From Candidatus Multivoradales bacterium (GTDB lineage: Bacteria > Acidobacteriota > Thermoanaerobaculia > Multivoradales > J023): 64,000 bases of DNA. Location of the stretch: NCBI GenBank assembly GCA_965248925.1, contig CBDFLE010000006.1, positions 4,928,001 through 4,992,000 of the forward strand, in the 5' to 3' direction. The notes beneath the pieces are model-generated. The model searched no databases, was not told where the DNA came from, and saw nothing but the letters and a program-made list of their open reading frames with translations. Position 1 is the stretch's first letter. Every line of letters starts with the position of its first letter. A program made the translations under genes and the position numbers. Shown here in pieces: positions 11,351 to 21,595 of this stretch.

Positions 11351-11656
11351 ATGGCTGTCGACAAGAAATCTAAATCCCAAGGCGGACCGCGGCCCACCGC
11401 TGAGGCATTATCTCCCTTACCGCGCAGCACCCGCTGGCTGCTCTTGCTGCTGGGTTGGACCTTGCTCATGGTCGGCCTGATCGGCTTGGTTCTGCCCGGC
11501 ATCCAGGGCATTCTGACCCTGCTGGCTGGCGCAGCCGTCTTGTCGTTGGTCGATCCGGCTCTTGAACAGTGGCTCGACCGCCGCTTGCGGCGCCGGCCTT
11601 GGGCGCGGCAGAAGCTGCACAATCTGCGCCGCCGGATCCATCGCTGGGTTAGCTAG
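11351..11656 (+). CDS. Small membrane protein (PGPGW-like)
   Basis: GWTLLMVGLIGLVLPGIQGILTLLAG hairpin with basic tail. Confidence 0.55.
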   Translation: MAVDKKSKSQGGPRPTAEALSPLPRSTRWLLLLLGWTLLMVGLIGLVLPGIQGILTLLAGAAVLSLVDPALEQWLDRRLRRRPWARQKLHNLRRRIHRWVS

Positions 11657-11674
11657 AGTGGCACAATAGGGGCC

Positions 11675-12907
11675 ATGCCAAATTCTGCATCGCGACGCTT
11701 GCCGCGCAATCTGCGGGTGCTGAGTTGGACCAGCTTGCTCACCGATCTGTCGAGCGAGATGGTGCTGCGCCTGCTGCCGCTCTATTTGTCGAGCGTGTTG
11801 GGGGTGCGGGTCAACGTCATCGGGCTAATCGAGGGGGTGGCCGAGTCTGCCGCCAGCTTGCTCAAGTTGGCCTCGGGCTGGCTGTCGGATCGACTCGGGA
11901 GGCGTAAGTGGTTGGCGGTGGCGGGCTATGGGGTGTCAGCGTTGGCCAAACCGTTCTTCCTCGGCGCTTCGACTTGGGCGCAAGTGGCGGCGGTGCGCTG
12001 GACCGAGCGGCTGGGCAAGGGCCTGCGCACGGCGCCGCGTGACGCGCTGTTGGCCGACAGCGTGACTGCCGAGCGGCGCGGTTTCTCATTCGGTTTTCAT
12101 CGCTCGGCCGATACTCTGGGCGCCTTTCTCGGTTTGGCGTTGGCGGCGGTGGTGGTGTGGCGGCTGCAAGGCGATGCCGTCGAACTCGGCCGCCAGACCT
12201 TTCACACCTTGGTCTGGCTCAGCCTGTTGCCGGCGGTTGCCGCGGTGTTGGTGCTGGCTCTGGGAGCGCGAGAGGTCGCGGCACCGGCTAGCGCCTTCAC
12301 CTCCAGACCCAGTCGGCGTGGTTTGGGTCGCCAGTTCTGGCTCTATCTCGGCATTGTGGCCTTGTTCGACCTCGGCAATTCGGCCGACGCTTTCTTGGTG
12401 TTGCGGGCGGCCGAGCGGGGTCTCTCAGTGCTCGGCGTACTCGGCATGTTGGCCACTCTGAACGTGGTTTACTTTCTCACCAGCACTCCTGGCGGGATGT
12501 TGTCGGACCGCTTCGGTCGCCGCCGCGTGTTAGCCGGCGGTTGGCTGCTCTATGCCGCCGTCTACCTTGGCTTGGGTCAGGCTGAGAACGGTGTTCAAGT
12601 ATGGATGCTGGCGGCGGTCTACGGTGCCTATTACGGACTCAGCTTCGGCACCGCCCGTGCCCTGGTCGCCGATCTGGTGCCGGCCGAGCGGCGTGGCACC
12701 GCCTTTGGCACCTTCCACGCCACTCTGGGAGTGATCGACCTGCCGGCCTCGGTGATCGCCGGTGTGCTGTGGCAGGGGTTCGGCAGCTGGTCGGGGTTCG
12801 GCGCCGCGGCGCCGTTCTACTTCGGTGCGGCGACAGCGGCGTTGGCGGCTGTGTTGCTGCTGGTCTGGCGAGGTGGGGCGGGGCGAACTGCTAAGCTTGC
12901 ACTATGA
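11675..12907 (+). CDS. MFS transporter
   Basis: About 12 TM segments; motif A GWLSDRLGRRK and GMLSDRFGRRR; RTAPRDAL. Confidence 0.92.
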   Translation: MPNSASRRLPRNLRVLSWTSLLTDLSSEMVLRLLPLYLSSVLGVRVNVIGLIEGVAESAASLLKLASGWLSDRLGRRKWLAVAGYGVSALAKPFFLGASTWAQVAAVRWTERLGKGLRTAPRDALLADSVTAERRGFSFGFHRSADTLGAFLGLALAAVVVWRLQGDAVELGRQTFHTLVWLSLLPAVAAVLVLALGAREVAAPASAFTSRPSRRGLGRQFWLYLGIVALFDLGNSADAFLVLRAAERGLSVLGVLGMLATLNVVYFLTSTPGGMLSDRFGRRRVLAGGWLLYAAVYLGLGQAENGVQVWMLAAVYGAYYGLSFGTARALVADLVPAERRGTAFGTFHATLGVIDLPASVIAGVLWQGFGSWSGFGAAAPFYFGAATAALAAVLLLVWRGGAGRTAKLAL

Positions 12908-13299
12908 GAGGCGCCCTCGAAGAGACCCTGCAAGCAGTGCTAGCAGATCGGTCGGATGTCGATTTGGTTTTGGTTTTCGGGTCACGAGCCCGTGGCATTG
13001 CCCGGCCTGGCTCAGACCTTGATCTGGCGGTTCTCGGGAAGCGGGTCGAGATACTCGACTTGCAAGCCCGACTCAGCCTGGCCTTAGGGGTCGAGGTCGA
13101 CGTGGTCGACCTGCGTCAGGCTGGTTACACGCTGTTGAAACAAGTCAACCGCGAGGGGCGCCGGGTCTTTGAGCGCCGGCCCGGTGTTGAAGGAGCGTGG
13201 CGCGCTCAAACCCTGGCGCAGCTCGAGACCGACGGTCCCTGGCACGAACGTATGCGACGCGCATTCGTAGCTCGATTGGCCGAGAGCAGCCATGGTTGA
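12904..13299 (+). CDS. mntA: MNT nucleotidyltransferase antitoxin (type VII TA)
   Basis: GS-X10-DXD motif FGSRARGIARPGSDLD; VDVVDL. Confidence 0.85.
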   Translation: MRGALEETLQAVLADRSDVDLVLVFGSRARGIARPGSDLDLAVLGKRVEILDLQARLSLALGVEVDVVDLRQAGYTLLKQVNREGRRVFERRPGVEGAWRAQTLAQLETDGPWHERMRRAFVARLAESSHG

Positions 13300-13714
13300 C
13301 GCTGAGCTGATCTCAGCCAAGCTCGCCGATTTGACCGATCGTAATCGGCGGGTGCGGCAACACTGTCCAGCCGATGCCGAGGCATTGTTGGCCGATCGTG
13401 ATCGCCTCGACCTTGTGGCTTTCAATCTCCTTCTTGCAGTCCAGGCTTGTCTCGACATCGCCAGTCATTTGATCTCAGACCAGGGCTGGCGACCCGCCGA
13501 AACCTTGGCCGAGGCTTTCCAGCGACTAGAGGAGCACGAGGTCTTGGCGTCCGAGACGGCGGCGGCGATGGCCAGAGCCGTGGGCTTGCGTAATGTCGTG
13601 GCGCATGGCTACTCACGCATCCAGCCAGGGCTGCTCTTTGAGGCCGCAACAACTGGCCTCGCCGACCTCGAAGCCTTCGCCGGTCAGCTCAGCCGGTGGA
13701 TCGAGTGCGACTGA
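13292..13714 (+). CDS. hepT: HEPN (DUF86) ribonuclease toxin
   Basis: RX4HXY motif RNVVAHGY; coupled to the MNT gene. Confidence 0.85.
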   Translation: MVDAELISAKLADLTDRNRRVRQHCPADAEALLADRDRLDLVAFNLLLAVQACLDIASHLISDQGWRPAETLAEAFQRLEEHEVLASETAAAMARAVGLRNVVAHGYSRIQPGLLFEAATTGLADLEAFAGQLSRWIECD

Positions 13715-15443
13715 GATCGTATCTACCTGTATCTTGTTCCCCATCGGCGAGAGCCTGGACCAGCTTCGCCTTGGGTGATTCCAGGTCTTGGAGGTGCTCA
13801 CCTTGGAAGGTAGGGGAGGCCCTCAGGGTGAGTAGCTGGTCGAGCAAAGCGAGATGTTCTTCAACCACTTTGGGGACGCTGCAACTTTGTAGGGCGTGGC
13901 CGTAGGACCGGCTGGCCAGGTCTGTGTGCTCGACGCTGCTCGCGGTGCTGAGAGCCAATCCGCAATGCGCCAGGCCTCGATAATAGGGGGCAGTGTAGTC
14001 GAGTACCTGGTCGCAATAAGAGAGGGCTGCGCGGAATGCTTGCTCGGCGCCATCGCGGTAGTTATCGCGTTGCTGCTGACCTTTCTCTAGCGCCATCAAC
14101 CGCAGCTCGACCAGGCCCCGCAGTGCCGCTGCGGCGTGACGTGATGCGGCGGTGCTCTCTGAACCTTCGAATTCTCTTGCCAGCTTGAGGTGCCGCTGCG
14201 CCTGGGGCAGCTGATGGCGAAGCAAGTGGCATCTGGCGACCAGGGTGTGGCGTTGCAACAAATGCAATTTGTGAGGGCCACCGATGGAGAATTCGAGAGC
14301 TGCGCGGGCCGCTTCGAGGGCCTCAGGTGTATCGCCGTAGAGCAGGTGGGTCAGGGCTAGATCGGCCCGAACGAAGGCGACGATGAACCACGCGCCGTCT
14401 TGGCTCAGCATGGCTAGCCCTTTCTGGTGACACTCGATGGCAAGGTCATAGTTGCCGCTGTAGGCATAGCTGGTACCGAGGCTGTTGAGTGCCTTGCCGT
14501 GGCCACGGGAGTCTTCGTGGGAGCGGGCAATCTCAAGGGCTCGGTTGAGGGCGCGAGCTTGGGCTTCGAAGCGGCCTTGGTCACGGTAGACGAGGCCTAG
14601 GTTGAATTGTTGAGTGCCGACTTGCTGCAAGTCGTTGAGCTGCTGGAACAGCTTGATTGCCTTCTCGTAGGCCTCGATTGCTGGTTCGTAGTGCCCCAGG
14701 TTGCGCCGCGCATTGCCGATGAAGCCTTGCCGCCTGGCTTCATCGAGTTTGTCGTTCAGATCACCCTGAGCCATCGCTTGCTTAGCTTCGTCGTAGCGTT
14801 CAAGGCCTTCGGCATAGAACCCGCGATTGGCGCGGATGTTGCCGAGATCGATCAAGATCCTTCCTGCTAAATCGCTCTTTTGCAATTGGCGAGCGATGGC
14901 GATGGCCTGCTCGAAGGCCTGTTGGGCAGCTTCCTGGGTAGCAGCATCTTTGCCAGCGTTGCGTCTTGACCTGCCAAATTGGTGGAGCAGTTTGGCGCGG
15001 TTCTCGGTGCCGCTGTCACCCAGTCCGTCGAGCAGTTCGAGGCCGGCGCGACAGTTGGTGGTGGCCTGCCGGTGGTCACCCAGGTTGAGATGCGCTTCGC
15101 CGAGATAGCCGAGCAGTCGAGCTTGCAGGCGCTGTTTACCCAGTTCTTGGGTGCTGTCGATCGCCGGTTGCAGCCAGTCGATGCTTTCCTGAGCAGGTCT
15201 TAGCAGTCGCAGTAGATGCCATCCGTGGCGGGCGTAGCCGATGCAGAAACGGCGCAGGGTGGGGTCGCTTTCGCGGCCCAGCAGGATCTCCCGATGGATG
15301 CCTTTGAGGGTGTCCCAAACCTTTTCGAACTCTTGCACCACCGCGGCGGGCCGGGCGGCATGGTCGCTCGACAGTTGGCGGAGTTTGTCCAGGTAATAGC
15401 TCTTCAGGCGGTAGCGCAAGGCCGGGGCAGGGGTCTCAATCAT
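13689..15443 (-). CDS. TPR-repeat protein (sensor half of a split STAND/NLR-like protein)
   Basis: Many TPRs (LGNIRANRG, IGNARRNLG, LGLVYRDQG, LNSLGTSY); ATG at 15443 overlaps the NB-ARC stop. Confidence 0.8.
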   Translation of the reverse strand: MIETPAPALRYRLKSYYLDKLRQLSSDHAARPAAVVQEFEKVWDTLKGIHREILLGRESDPTLRRFCIGYARHGWHLLRLLRPAQESIDWLQPAIDSTQELGKQRLQARLLGYLGEAHLNLGDHRQATTNCRAGLELLDGLGDSGTENRAKLLHQFGRSRRNAGKDAATQEAAQQAFEQAIAIARQLQKSDLAGRILIDLGNIRANRGFYAEGLERYDEAKQAMAQGDLNDKLDEARRQGFIGNARRNLGHYEPAIEAYEKAIKLFQQLNDLQQVGTQQFNLGLVYRDQGRFEAQARALNRALEIARSHEDSRGHGKALNSLGTSYAYSGNYDLAIECHQKGLAMLSQDGAWFIVAFVRADLALTHLLYGDTPEALEAARAALEFSIGGPHKLHLLQRHTLVARCHLLRHQLPQAQRHLKLAREFEGSESTAASRHAAAALRGLVELRLMALEKGQQQRDNYRDGAEQAFRAALSYCDQVLDYTAPYYRGLAHCGLALSTASSVEHTDLASRSYGHALQSCSVPKVVEEHLALLDQLLTLRASPTFQGEHLQDLESPKAKLVQALADGEQDTGRYDLSRTRSTG

Positions 15444-16590
15444 CGTCGTCGCCAAAATCGATAGCGAGTGTTCGAGCGCCTTGCACTGACTCTGCTGCCA
15501 ACGAGTCTTGGTACATCGTGCTGGCTAGAGAGTGCAGTAGGGCGTGCATTTGGAAGCGGCCGTCGTCGTTCCGCTCGAGCAGACCTCGTCGCTTCAGGGT
15601 GCGCAGGGAGGGTCGGGGGTCGCCCACCTGCCACTGCGCTTGCACGGCCTCCAGGCCGAAGCTGGCCGGCATTCCAGGAAATGCACCCAGCAAGGTGAAA
15701 AGCCTCCGCATCGTTGGCGACAGGGTGTCGATGCTGCGCCGCAGCAGCGCGCCGACGGTGGGTATTTCGGCGGTCTCGTGCTGGAAGTCGGTACGGTCTG
15801 CCGGCGCGGTTTGCTCGAGTAGCTGGGCGCCGGAACGCAGGCTCTCGAGTAGCGACTCGACATCTTCTAAGTGGTCTTCTTGCGCCTCGCCGAGCATGCC
15901 GCCGGCGACCAGGATGGCCAGGGGTAGGCCCTCGAGGTCTCGCACCAGCTGGCGGCAAGATTGCTGATTCTGGGTCACTACCTCCGGCACCAGAAGGTTG
16001 AGCAGGTTGAGAGCATGGTCGGCGGCGAGTTCGCGCAGTCGAAAGCGGCCCTGGGGAAAGGTCAAACAGTATTTTCTGGCGAACTCGTGAAAGCGACTGG
16101 TCAGCACGATGGGGCAAGAGCCACGGGCGGCGAGGAAGAGGTCGCCATGGCCCTCTTCCCACACATCGTCGACGATCAACAACGCTCGACGGCCTTGTAG
16201 CAGGGTGCGAATTTTGGCGGCGGCCTGGCCGACTTCACTTTTTGGGTGATGGCGGATGGTCTCGTTGCCCAGGGGTTGCCCCCAATTACCAAGTTCCTGA
16301 ATTAAGTCGGGCTTGGCGCCAAGATCGGCCCACAGGATGCCGTCAGGGTAGGCTGCGGCAACTTCAGGGTCGTGTGCCAGCATGGAGGCGGTGGCGGTCT
16401 TACCCATGCCGGGGTAGGCGTGGATGACGGTGATCGGATCAGGGAGGTCGGCGGCGTCGGGGCCGATTCCCAAGCGCCGCTTGAGTTCGACCATGGTCTG
16501 CTCGCGGCCGACGAACAAGCTCGGCCGGGATGGTGGCAGGCCGATGATCTGACCTGTTTCGGCGGATGAATCGGAGTTTCTCTTTCCCAT
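15436..16590 (-). CDS. NB-ARC (STAND) NTPase lacking effector and repeat domains
   Basis: FVGRE, Walker A YPGMGKT, Walker B LLIVDDVW, TSR, GLPLA, MHD-like MHAL. Confidence 0.88.
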   Translation of the reverse strand: MGKRNSDSSAETGQIIGLPPSRPSLFVGREQTMVELKRRLGIGPDAADLPDPITVIHAYPGMGKTATASMLAHDPEVAAAYPDGILWADLGAKPDLIQELGNWGQPLGNETIRHHPKSEVGQAAAKIRTLLQGRRALLIVDDVWEEGHGDLFLAARGSCPIVLTSRFHEFARKYCLTFPQGRFRLRELAADHALNLLNLLVPEVVTQNQQSCRQLVRDLEGLPLAILVAGGMLGEAQEDHLEDVESLLESLRSGAQLLEQTAPADRTDFQHETAEIPTVGALLRRSIDTLSPTMRRLFTLLGAFPGMPASFGLEAVQAQWQVGDPRPSLRTLKRRGLLERNDDGRFQMHALLHSLASTMYQDSLAAESVQGARTLAIDFGDDDD

Positions 16591-16627
16591 GCTCGCTCCA
16601 AGTCGCTCGGGACCAAGGATCTGGCGG

Positions 16628-17398
16628 TTAACGAAAGTGCATTTTACGCCGCATCCACTCGGCCGCCGGGGGTTTGCGGCAGTTCAAGTCGGCTACCGCT
16701 TGGTGCTCGGGGTAAGCGGCTCGTCGGGGCAGCACATTGGCCTGGCCGTGCTCGAAATCGACGATCAGATATTCGGCTCCTGCTCCCTCGCGCGGTGCTC
16801 CAACACTGCCGGCGTTGAGCCATCGCCAGTCTTGCCAGCTGCGATCCATCGGCCGGTGGGTGTGACCGCCGATCCCTAGCCGGCCGGTGAGCTGGTCAAA
16901 AGCGGCGGTCAGCGCAGCGCTATCCAGGGTTGTTTCGGGGTCGAACCAGCCTTCGTCGTCCCCCGGCAGGCCGTGGTAGCCAAGCACCCGGCCGAGACCC
17001 TCGACATCGAGGGTCAGGGTGGTCTCGGGTAGGTCGCGAAGAAAGGAGAACTCCATCAACGACAACTGGGAAACCGCCCAGTTCAGCGTCAAGTCACGGG
17101 CGGTCCAGTCCTCGCTCAGGGTGGCGAAGGTCTCGGCGGTGATCGGTAGAGGCTGAGCCCGCCGCTCGCCAGTTACCAAATAACGGTCCGTATTGCCGCG
17201 GATTAGCGACAGCTGGTCCTGCCAGTCTTGACTCAGCGCCTGAACTCGCTGGATGCACTCCGCCGGCCGCGGGCCAAAAGCGGCCAGGTCTCCCAACAGC
17301 CAGAGCTGATCAGGGGTGTCGAACTCTGCTACGGCCTTCAGCACCGCCTCGAGGGCAGCGAGGTTGCCGTGGATATCGGAGAGGATGGCTAGGCGCAT
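16628..17398 (-). CDS. Calcineurin-like metallophosphoesterase
   Basis: SDIHGN, LGDL, RGNTD, HG, GHTH, NAGSVG. Confidence 0.88.
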   Translation of the reverse strand: MRLAILSDIHGNLAALEAVLKAVAEFDTPDQLWLLGDLAAFGPRPAECIQRVQALSQDWQDQLSLIRGNTDRYLVTGERRAQPLPITAETFATLSEDWTARDLTLNWAVSQLSLMEFSFLRDLPETTLTLDVEGLGRVLGYHGLPGDDEGWFDPETTLDSAALTAAFDQLTGRLGIGGHTHRPMDRSWQDWRWLNAGSVGAPREGAGAEYLIVDFEHGQANVLPRRAAYPEHQAVADLNCRKPPAAEWMRRKMHFR

Positions 17399-17482
17399 GG
17401 GCGGCTCATTGGAGGCAGATGAGACGAATTTCCCATCCCTCAATTCTAACATGCAAGAGATTCGCAGCCGGGGTTCGCGACC

Positions 17483-17500
17483 TTGTGACAGATTTCACAA
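17483..17500. promoter_or_regulatory. Rex/CRP-like palindromic operator upstream of nqrA
   Basis: TTGTGAC-AGAT-TTCACAA (contains TGTGA-N6-TCACA). Confidence 0.6.
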
Positions 17501-17607
17501 GGGGTCTTGGAAGATCGCTCGAACGATGGCACAATGCCAGCCGCAGAAAGTCATTTGCCGGGCTTGTGCCCGGCTCCATCCCATCCCAGCTCGAGGACCG
17601 ACGCAAG

Positions 17608-18978
17608 ATGGCTGTCCACAAGGTGAAGAAAGGGCTCGATCTGCCGATTGGCGGAGCGCCCGAGCAGCGGATCGAGCATGCCGCCGCGCCGCCGCGGGTG
17701 GCGCTTTTGGCCGCCGACTACATCGGCATGAAACCCACCATGCACGTCCAGGTGGGCGACGAGGTGCGGCGCGGCCAAACGCTGTTTGAAGACAAAAGGA
17801 CTCCGGGTGTGCACTTCACCGCGCCGGCAGCCGGGCGGATCGAGGCCATCCACCGCGGCCAGCGCCGGGCGCTAGTCTCGGTGGTGATCGAGACCAGCGA
17901 CGAGGAGCGGAGCACTGGCGCCGAGACAGTGGCCTTCGCCGCTTACACGGGCAAGCCCCCAGCCGAGCTGACGGCTGAGCAGGTTCGCGATCTGCTGGTT
18001 GAGTCTGGTCTGTGGACCGCGTTGCGCACCCGGCCTTACAGCAACGTGCCGTCGCTGGCCGACAGCCCCCACTCGATTTTCATCACCGCTACCGACAGCC
18101 AGCCGCATGCGCCGGATCTGGGGCTGGTGCTGGCTGCTAAGGGTGAGGACTTTGAACGTGGTCTGGTGGCGCTGTCGCAGCTCACCGCGGGTCAAATTCA
18201 TGTCTGTATCACCCCGGGGCTCAGGCTCAGGTTGCCGACTTCGGAGCGATTGCGGGTGCATCAGTTCACCGGCAAACATCCCAGCGGCACGGTGGGCTAT
18301 CACATCCACACTATCGATCCGGTCGACCGCGCAAAGCAGGTCTGGCACATCGGCTGCCAAGACGTGGTGGCGGTTGGCCGGTTGTTCGCTAGCGGCGAAC
18401 TCGATCCCGCGCGAGTGATCTCGCTAGCCGGCCCTGGGGTCGAGCGACCGCGGCTGCTGGCCACTCGCATTGGCGCCGCTGTCGATACCCTGGTCGAGGG
18501 CGAACTCAAGGCGGGTGAGATGCGGGTGCTGTCGGGCTCGGTGCTGGCGGGGCGCATCGCTAGCGGTGGGGAGAGTGGCTTTCTCGGCCGCTACCATCAG
18601 CAGGTTTCAGTGCTGGCCGAGGGTCGCGAGCGTGAGTTTCTTGGCATGGTGAAACCAGGGGCGAACAAATTCTCCACTATCAACGCCTTCGTCTCACGGC
18701 TGATGCCTGGGCGAACGATGCCGTTTACTACTACGACTCATGGTTCGAGCCGAGCGATCGTGCCGATCGGCATGTATGAGCGGGTGTTTCCACTCGATAT
18801 CCCGGCGACTTTCCTGCTCCGTTCTTTGGCGGTGGGCGATATAGAACGGGCTGAGCGTTTGGGTTGTTTGGAACTCGACGAGGAAGATCTGGCCCTCTGC
18901 ACCTTTGTTTGCTCAGGCAAGAACGAGTACGGGCCATTCTTGCGCGACGTGCTGAACACTATCGAGAAAGAGGGCTGA
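17608..18978 (+). CDS. nqrA: Na+-translocating NADH:quinone reductase subunit A
   Basis: [41 protein letters not shown]. Confidence 0.95.
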   Translation: MAVHKVKKGLDLPIGGAPEQRIEHAAAPPRVALLAADYIGMKPTMHVQVGDEVRRGQTLFEDKRTPGVHFTAPAAGRIEAIHRGQRRALVSVVIETSDEERSTGAETVAFAAYTGKPPAELTAEQVRDLLVESGLWTALRTRPYSNVPSLADSPHSIFITATDSQPHAPDLGLVLAAKGEDFERGLVALSQLTAGQIHVCITPGLRLRLPTSERLRVHQFTGKHPSGTVGYHIHTIDPVDRAKQVWHIGCQDVVAVGRLFASGELDPARVISLAGPGVERPRLLATRIGAAVDTLVEGELKAGEMRVLSGSVLAGRIASGGESGFLGRYHQQVSVLAEGREREFLGMVKPGANKFSTINAFVSRLMPGRTMPFTTTTHGSSRAIVPIGMYERVFPLDIPATFLLRSLAVGDIERAERLGCLELDEEDLALCTFVCSGKNEYGPFLRDVLNTIEKEG

Positions 18979-18982
18979 GGCG

Positions 18983-20203
18983 ATGAAACTGCTACGCAAG
19001 CTACTCGATACTCAGGAGAAGCACTTCAAACCGGGTGGCAAGCTGGAAAAGCTCTACCCACTCTACGAGGCCACCGACACTCTTCTCTTCACGCCTGCGG
19101 ATGTTACCCGCGGGGCCTCGCATGTGCGCGATGCCATCGACCTGAAGCGCATCATGATCACCGTCGTGATGGCGCTGTTGCCAGCGATCGCCATGGCGAT
19201 GTACAACACCGGCTACCAGGCCCATCTGGCGATCCAGGCCGGCGCTGAGCCGCTGGCGCGCTGGCAGACCGCGGTGATGCAGTGGTTGGGGCTCGCCTTC
19301 GATCCGGCCGATGTGCTCGCCTGTTTTGCCCATGGGACGCTCTACTACTTGCCGGTCTTGGTGGTGACTTTCGCCATCGGTGGCAACGCCGAAGTGCTGT
19401 TCTCGATGGTCCGCAAGCACGAGATCAACGAGGGTTTCTTGGTCACCGGCATGCTCTTCCCGCTGGTCTTGCCGCCGACCATTCCGCTGTGGCAGGTGGC
19501 GGTCGGCATTCTCTTCGGCACGATCATCGGTAAGGAGATTTTCGGCGGCACCGGGATGAATATCCTCAATCCGGCGCTGACGGCCCGCGCTTTCCTGTTC
19601 TTTGCCTATCCTGGGCAGATCTCGGGCGACGGGGTGTGGATCGCTGCTCAAACCTCCACCGATGGCTACTCCGGCGCCACTCTGCTGGCGCGGGCGGCGG
19701 AGGGAGGTACGGCCGCGTTTGAGTCTGGGGCGAGCTGGATACAGAGCTTCTTGGGCCTGATACCGGGCTCGATGGGAGAGACTTCGGCATTGGCTTGCTT
19801 GCTGGGCGCGGCGATCCTCTTGATCACTCAGATCGCTTCCTGGCGCATCATGCTGAGCGGGGTGGTGGGCAGCTTCCTGGCCGCTGGCCTGCTGAATTGG
19901 GTCGGCTCGACCACCAATCCGATGATGAACGTGCCCTTCCACTGGCACATCGTGCTCGGGGGCTGGGCCTTCGGCCTGGTGTTCATGGCCACCGACCCGG
20001 TGTCGGCGGCGCACTCGAACAAAGGCAAGCTGATATACGGCTTCTTGATCGGCGTGCTGGCGATCTTCATTCGCGTGCTCAACCCGGCGTTTCCTGAAGG
20101 AATGATGCTCGCCATCCTCTTGATGAACGTCTTTTCGGCCTTGATTGACCACTTCGTCGTCGAGGCCAACATCCGTCGTAGGAGGGCTCGCTATGCGGCA
20201 TAG
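18983..20203 (+). CDS. nqrB: Na+-NQR subunit B
   Basis: [28 protein letters not shown] site [12 protein letters not shown]. Confidence 0.95.
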   Translation: MKLLRKLLDTQEKHFKPGGKLEKLYPLYEATDTLLFTPADVTRGASHVRDAIDLKRIMITVVMALLPAIAMAMYNTGYQAHLAIQAGAEPLARWQTAVMQWLGLAFDPADVLACFAHGTLYYLPVLVVTFAIGGNAEVLFSMVRKHEINEGFLVTGMLFPLVLPPTIPLWQVAVGILFGTIIGKEIFGGTGMNILNPALTARAFLFFAYPGQISGDGVWIAAQTSTDGYSGATLLARAAEGGTAAFESGASWIQSFLGLIPGSMGETSALACLLGAAILLITQIASWRIMLSGVVGSFLAAGLLNWVGSTTNPMMNVPFHWHIVLGGWAFGLVFMATDPVSAAHSNKGKLIYGFLIGVLAIFIRVLNPAFPEGMMLAILLMNVFSALIDHFVVEANIRRRRARYAA

Positions 20204-20969
20204 CGTTGGGTACACGCTGATTTTCGCTGCCATCATTTGCGCCGTCTGCGCGGTGATGGTGTCGGGCTCGGCGGTGGTGCTGAAAGAGCGGCAAGAGATC
20301 AACGCCGCCATTTCGAAGCAGAAGAAGGTGCTTGAGGCGGCTGGCCTCGCGGCGGCGGGCGAGAAGCTCACCCAGGCCGATGTGGAGCGCCTCTTCGAGT
20401 CCATCGAGCCGGTGCTGATTGACCTGGTAAGCGGTGAAGAGGTGGCGAGCGAAGATCCAGGCAGCTTCGACCAACAGAAGGCCAAGAAAGATCCCGCCGC
20501 CAGCCGCAAAGCCCCGGCCAACCGGGCTTCGGTCTTTCGCCTGCCCCACCAAGCTCTGGTCTACAAGGTGTTAGACGACGGCGGCCAAGTGCAGAAGCTG
20601 GTACTACCGATCGAAGGCTACGGCCTGTGGGGCACTCTCTACGGCCTGATCGCGCTGTCTGCCGACACCACCACCGTCGAGGGCCTGACCTACTACGAAC
20701 ACAAAGAAACCCCAGGTTTGGGCGGTGAGGTCGACAACCTTCGCTGGAAGGCCCTGTGGGTTGGCCGGCAGGTCTTCGACTCGCAGTGGCAACCCAAGAT
20801 CCGGGTGATCAAAGGGCGAGCCGGCACACCTGAGGAGACGCCCTACCAAGTTGACGGGCTGTCCGGGGCGACGATCACCAGCCGCGGGGTGACCAACATG
20901 TTGAATCTGTGGCTGGGTGAGAACGGCTTCGGCCCCTACCTCGAAAAAATCCGTGCGGGGAGCGCCTGA
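20193..20969 (+). CDS. nqrC: Na+-NQR subunit C
   Basis: [19 protein letters not shown] site [11 protein letters not shown]. Confidence 0.95.
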   Translation: MRHSVGYTLIFAAIICAVCAVMVSGSAVVLKERQEINAAISKQKKVLEAAGLAAAGEKLTQADVERLFESIEPVLIDLVSGEEVASEDPGSFDQQKAKKDPAASRKAPANRASVFRLPHQALVYKVLDDGGQVQKLVLPIEGYGLWGTLYGLIALSADTTTVEGLTYYEHKETPGLGGEVDNLRWKALWVGRQVFDSQWQPKIRVIKGRAGTPEETPYQVDGLSGATITSRGVTNMLNLWLGENGFGPYLEKIRAGSA

Positions 20970-20970
20970 G

Positions 20971-21594
20971 ATGGCTGACAACAATCGCGACGTTCTGCTC
21001 GACCCGTTGTTCAACAACAACCCGATCACCCTGCAAGTGCTAGGTATCTGCTCGGCGCTGGCGGTGACCACCAAGCTTGAGACTTCGCTAGTGATGTGTT
21101 TGGCGGTGATGGCCGTGCTGGTGGGCTCCAATCTGGCCATCAGCTTGCTGCGCAATCACATTCCTTCGAGCATTCGGATCATCGTTCAGCTGACCGTCAT
21201 CGCCTCCTTGGTGATCATGGCCGACCAGGTGATGAAGGCTTATGTTTACGAGATCTCCAAGCAGCTCTCGGTCTTCGTTGGCCTGATCATCACCAACTGC
21301 ATCATCATGGGGCGCGCCGAGGCCTTTGCGATGCAGAACCCGCCCAAGGCGGCGATCATCGATGGCATTGGCAATGCGCTGGGTTACAGCGTGGTGCTCC
21401 TCGGCGTCGCCTTTCTGCGCGAGCTGCTGGGCTCGGGCAAGCTGTTCGGTTACCCGGTCCTGCAGCTACAGACCGAAGGTGGCTGGTACAACCCCAATGG
21501 CTTGATGGTGCTGTCGCCCGGTGCGTTCTTCATCATCGGCTTGTTCATCTGGGCGATCCGAACTTGGAAGCCCGATCAGGTGGAGGCGGACTGA
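20971..21594 (+). CDS. nqrD: Na+-NQR subunit D
   Basis: [34 protein letters not shown]. Confidence 0.95.
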   Translation: MADNNRDVLLDPLFNNNPITLQVLGICSALAVTTKLETSLVMCLAVMAVLVGSNLAISLLRNHIPSSIRIIVQLTVIASLVIMADQVMKAYVYEISKQLSVFVGLIITNCIIMGRAEAFAMQNPPKAAIIDGIGNALGYSVVLLGVAFLRELLGSGKLFGYPVLQLQTEGGWYNPNGLMVLSPGAFFIIGLFIWAIRTWKPDQVEAD

Positions 21595-21595
21595 G

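Noticed and set aside
10246-11622. N-terminal extensions in the ORF track (ansA, nqrA, IOR, EamA, thiolase, PQQ protein)
   Set aside because: They overlap neighbouring genes or promoters and lack family similarity; downstream starts with SD fit better.
19001-20521. Long antisense ORFs (for example 506 aa opposite nqrB/C, 427 aa opposite apbE, 370 aa opposite recQ)
   Set aside because: Shadow ORFs expected from high-GC codon bias opposite well-supported genes; they carry no motifs.
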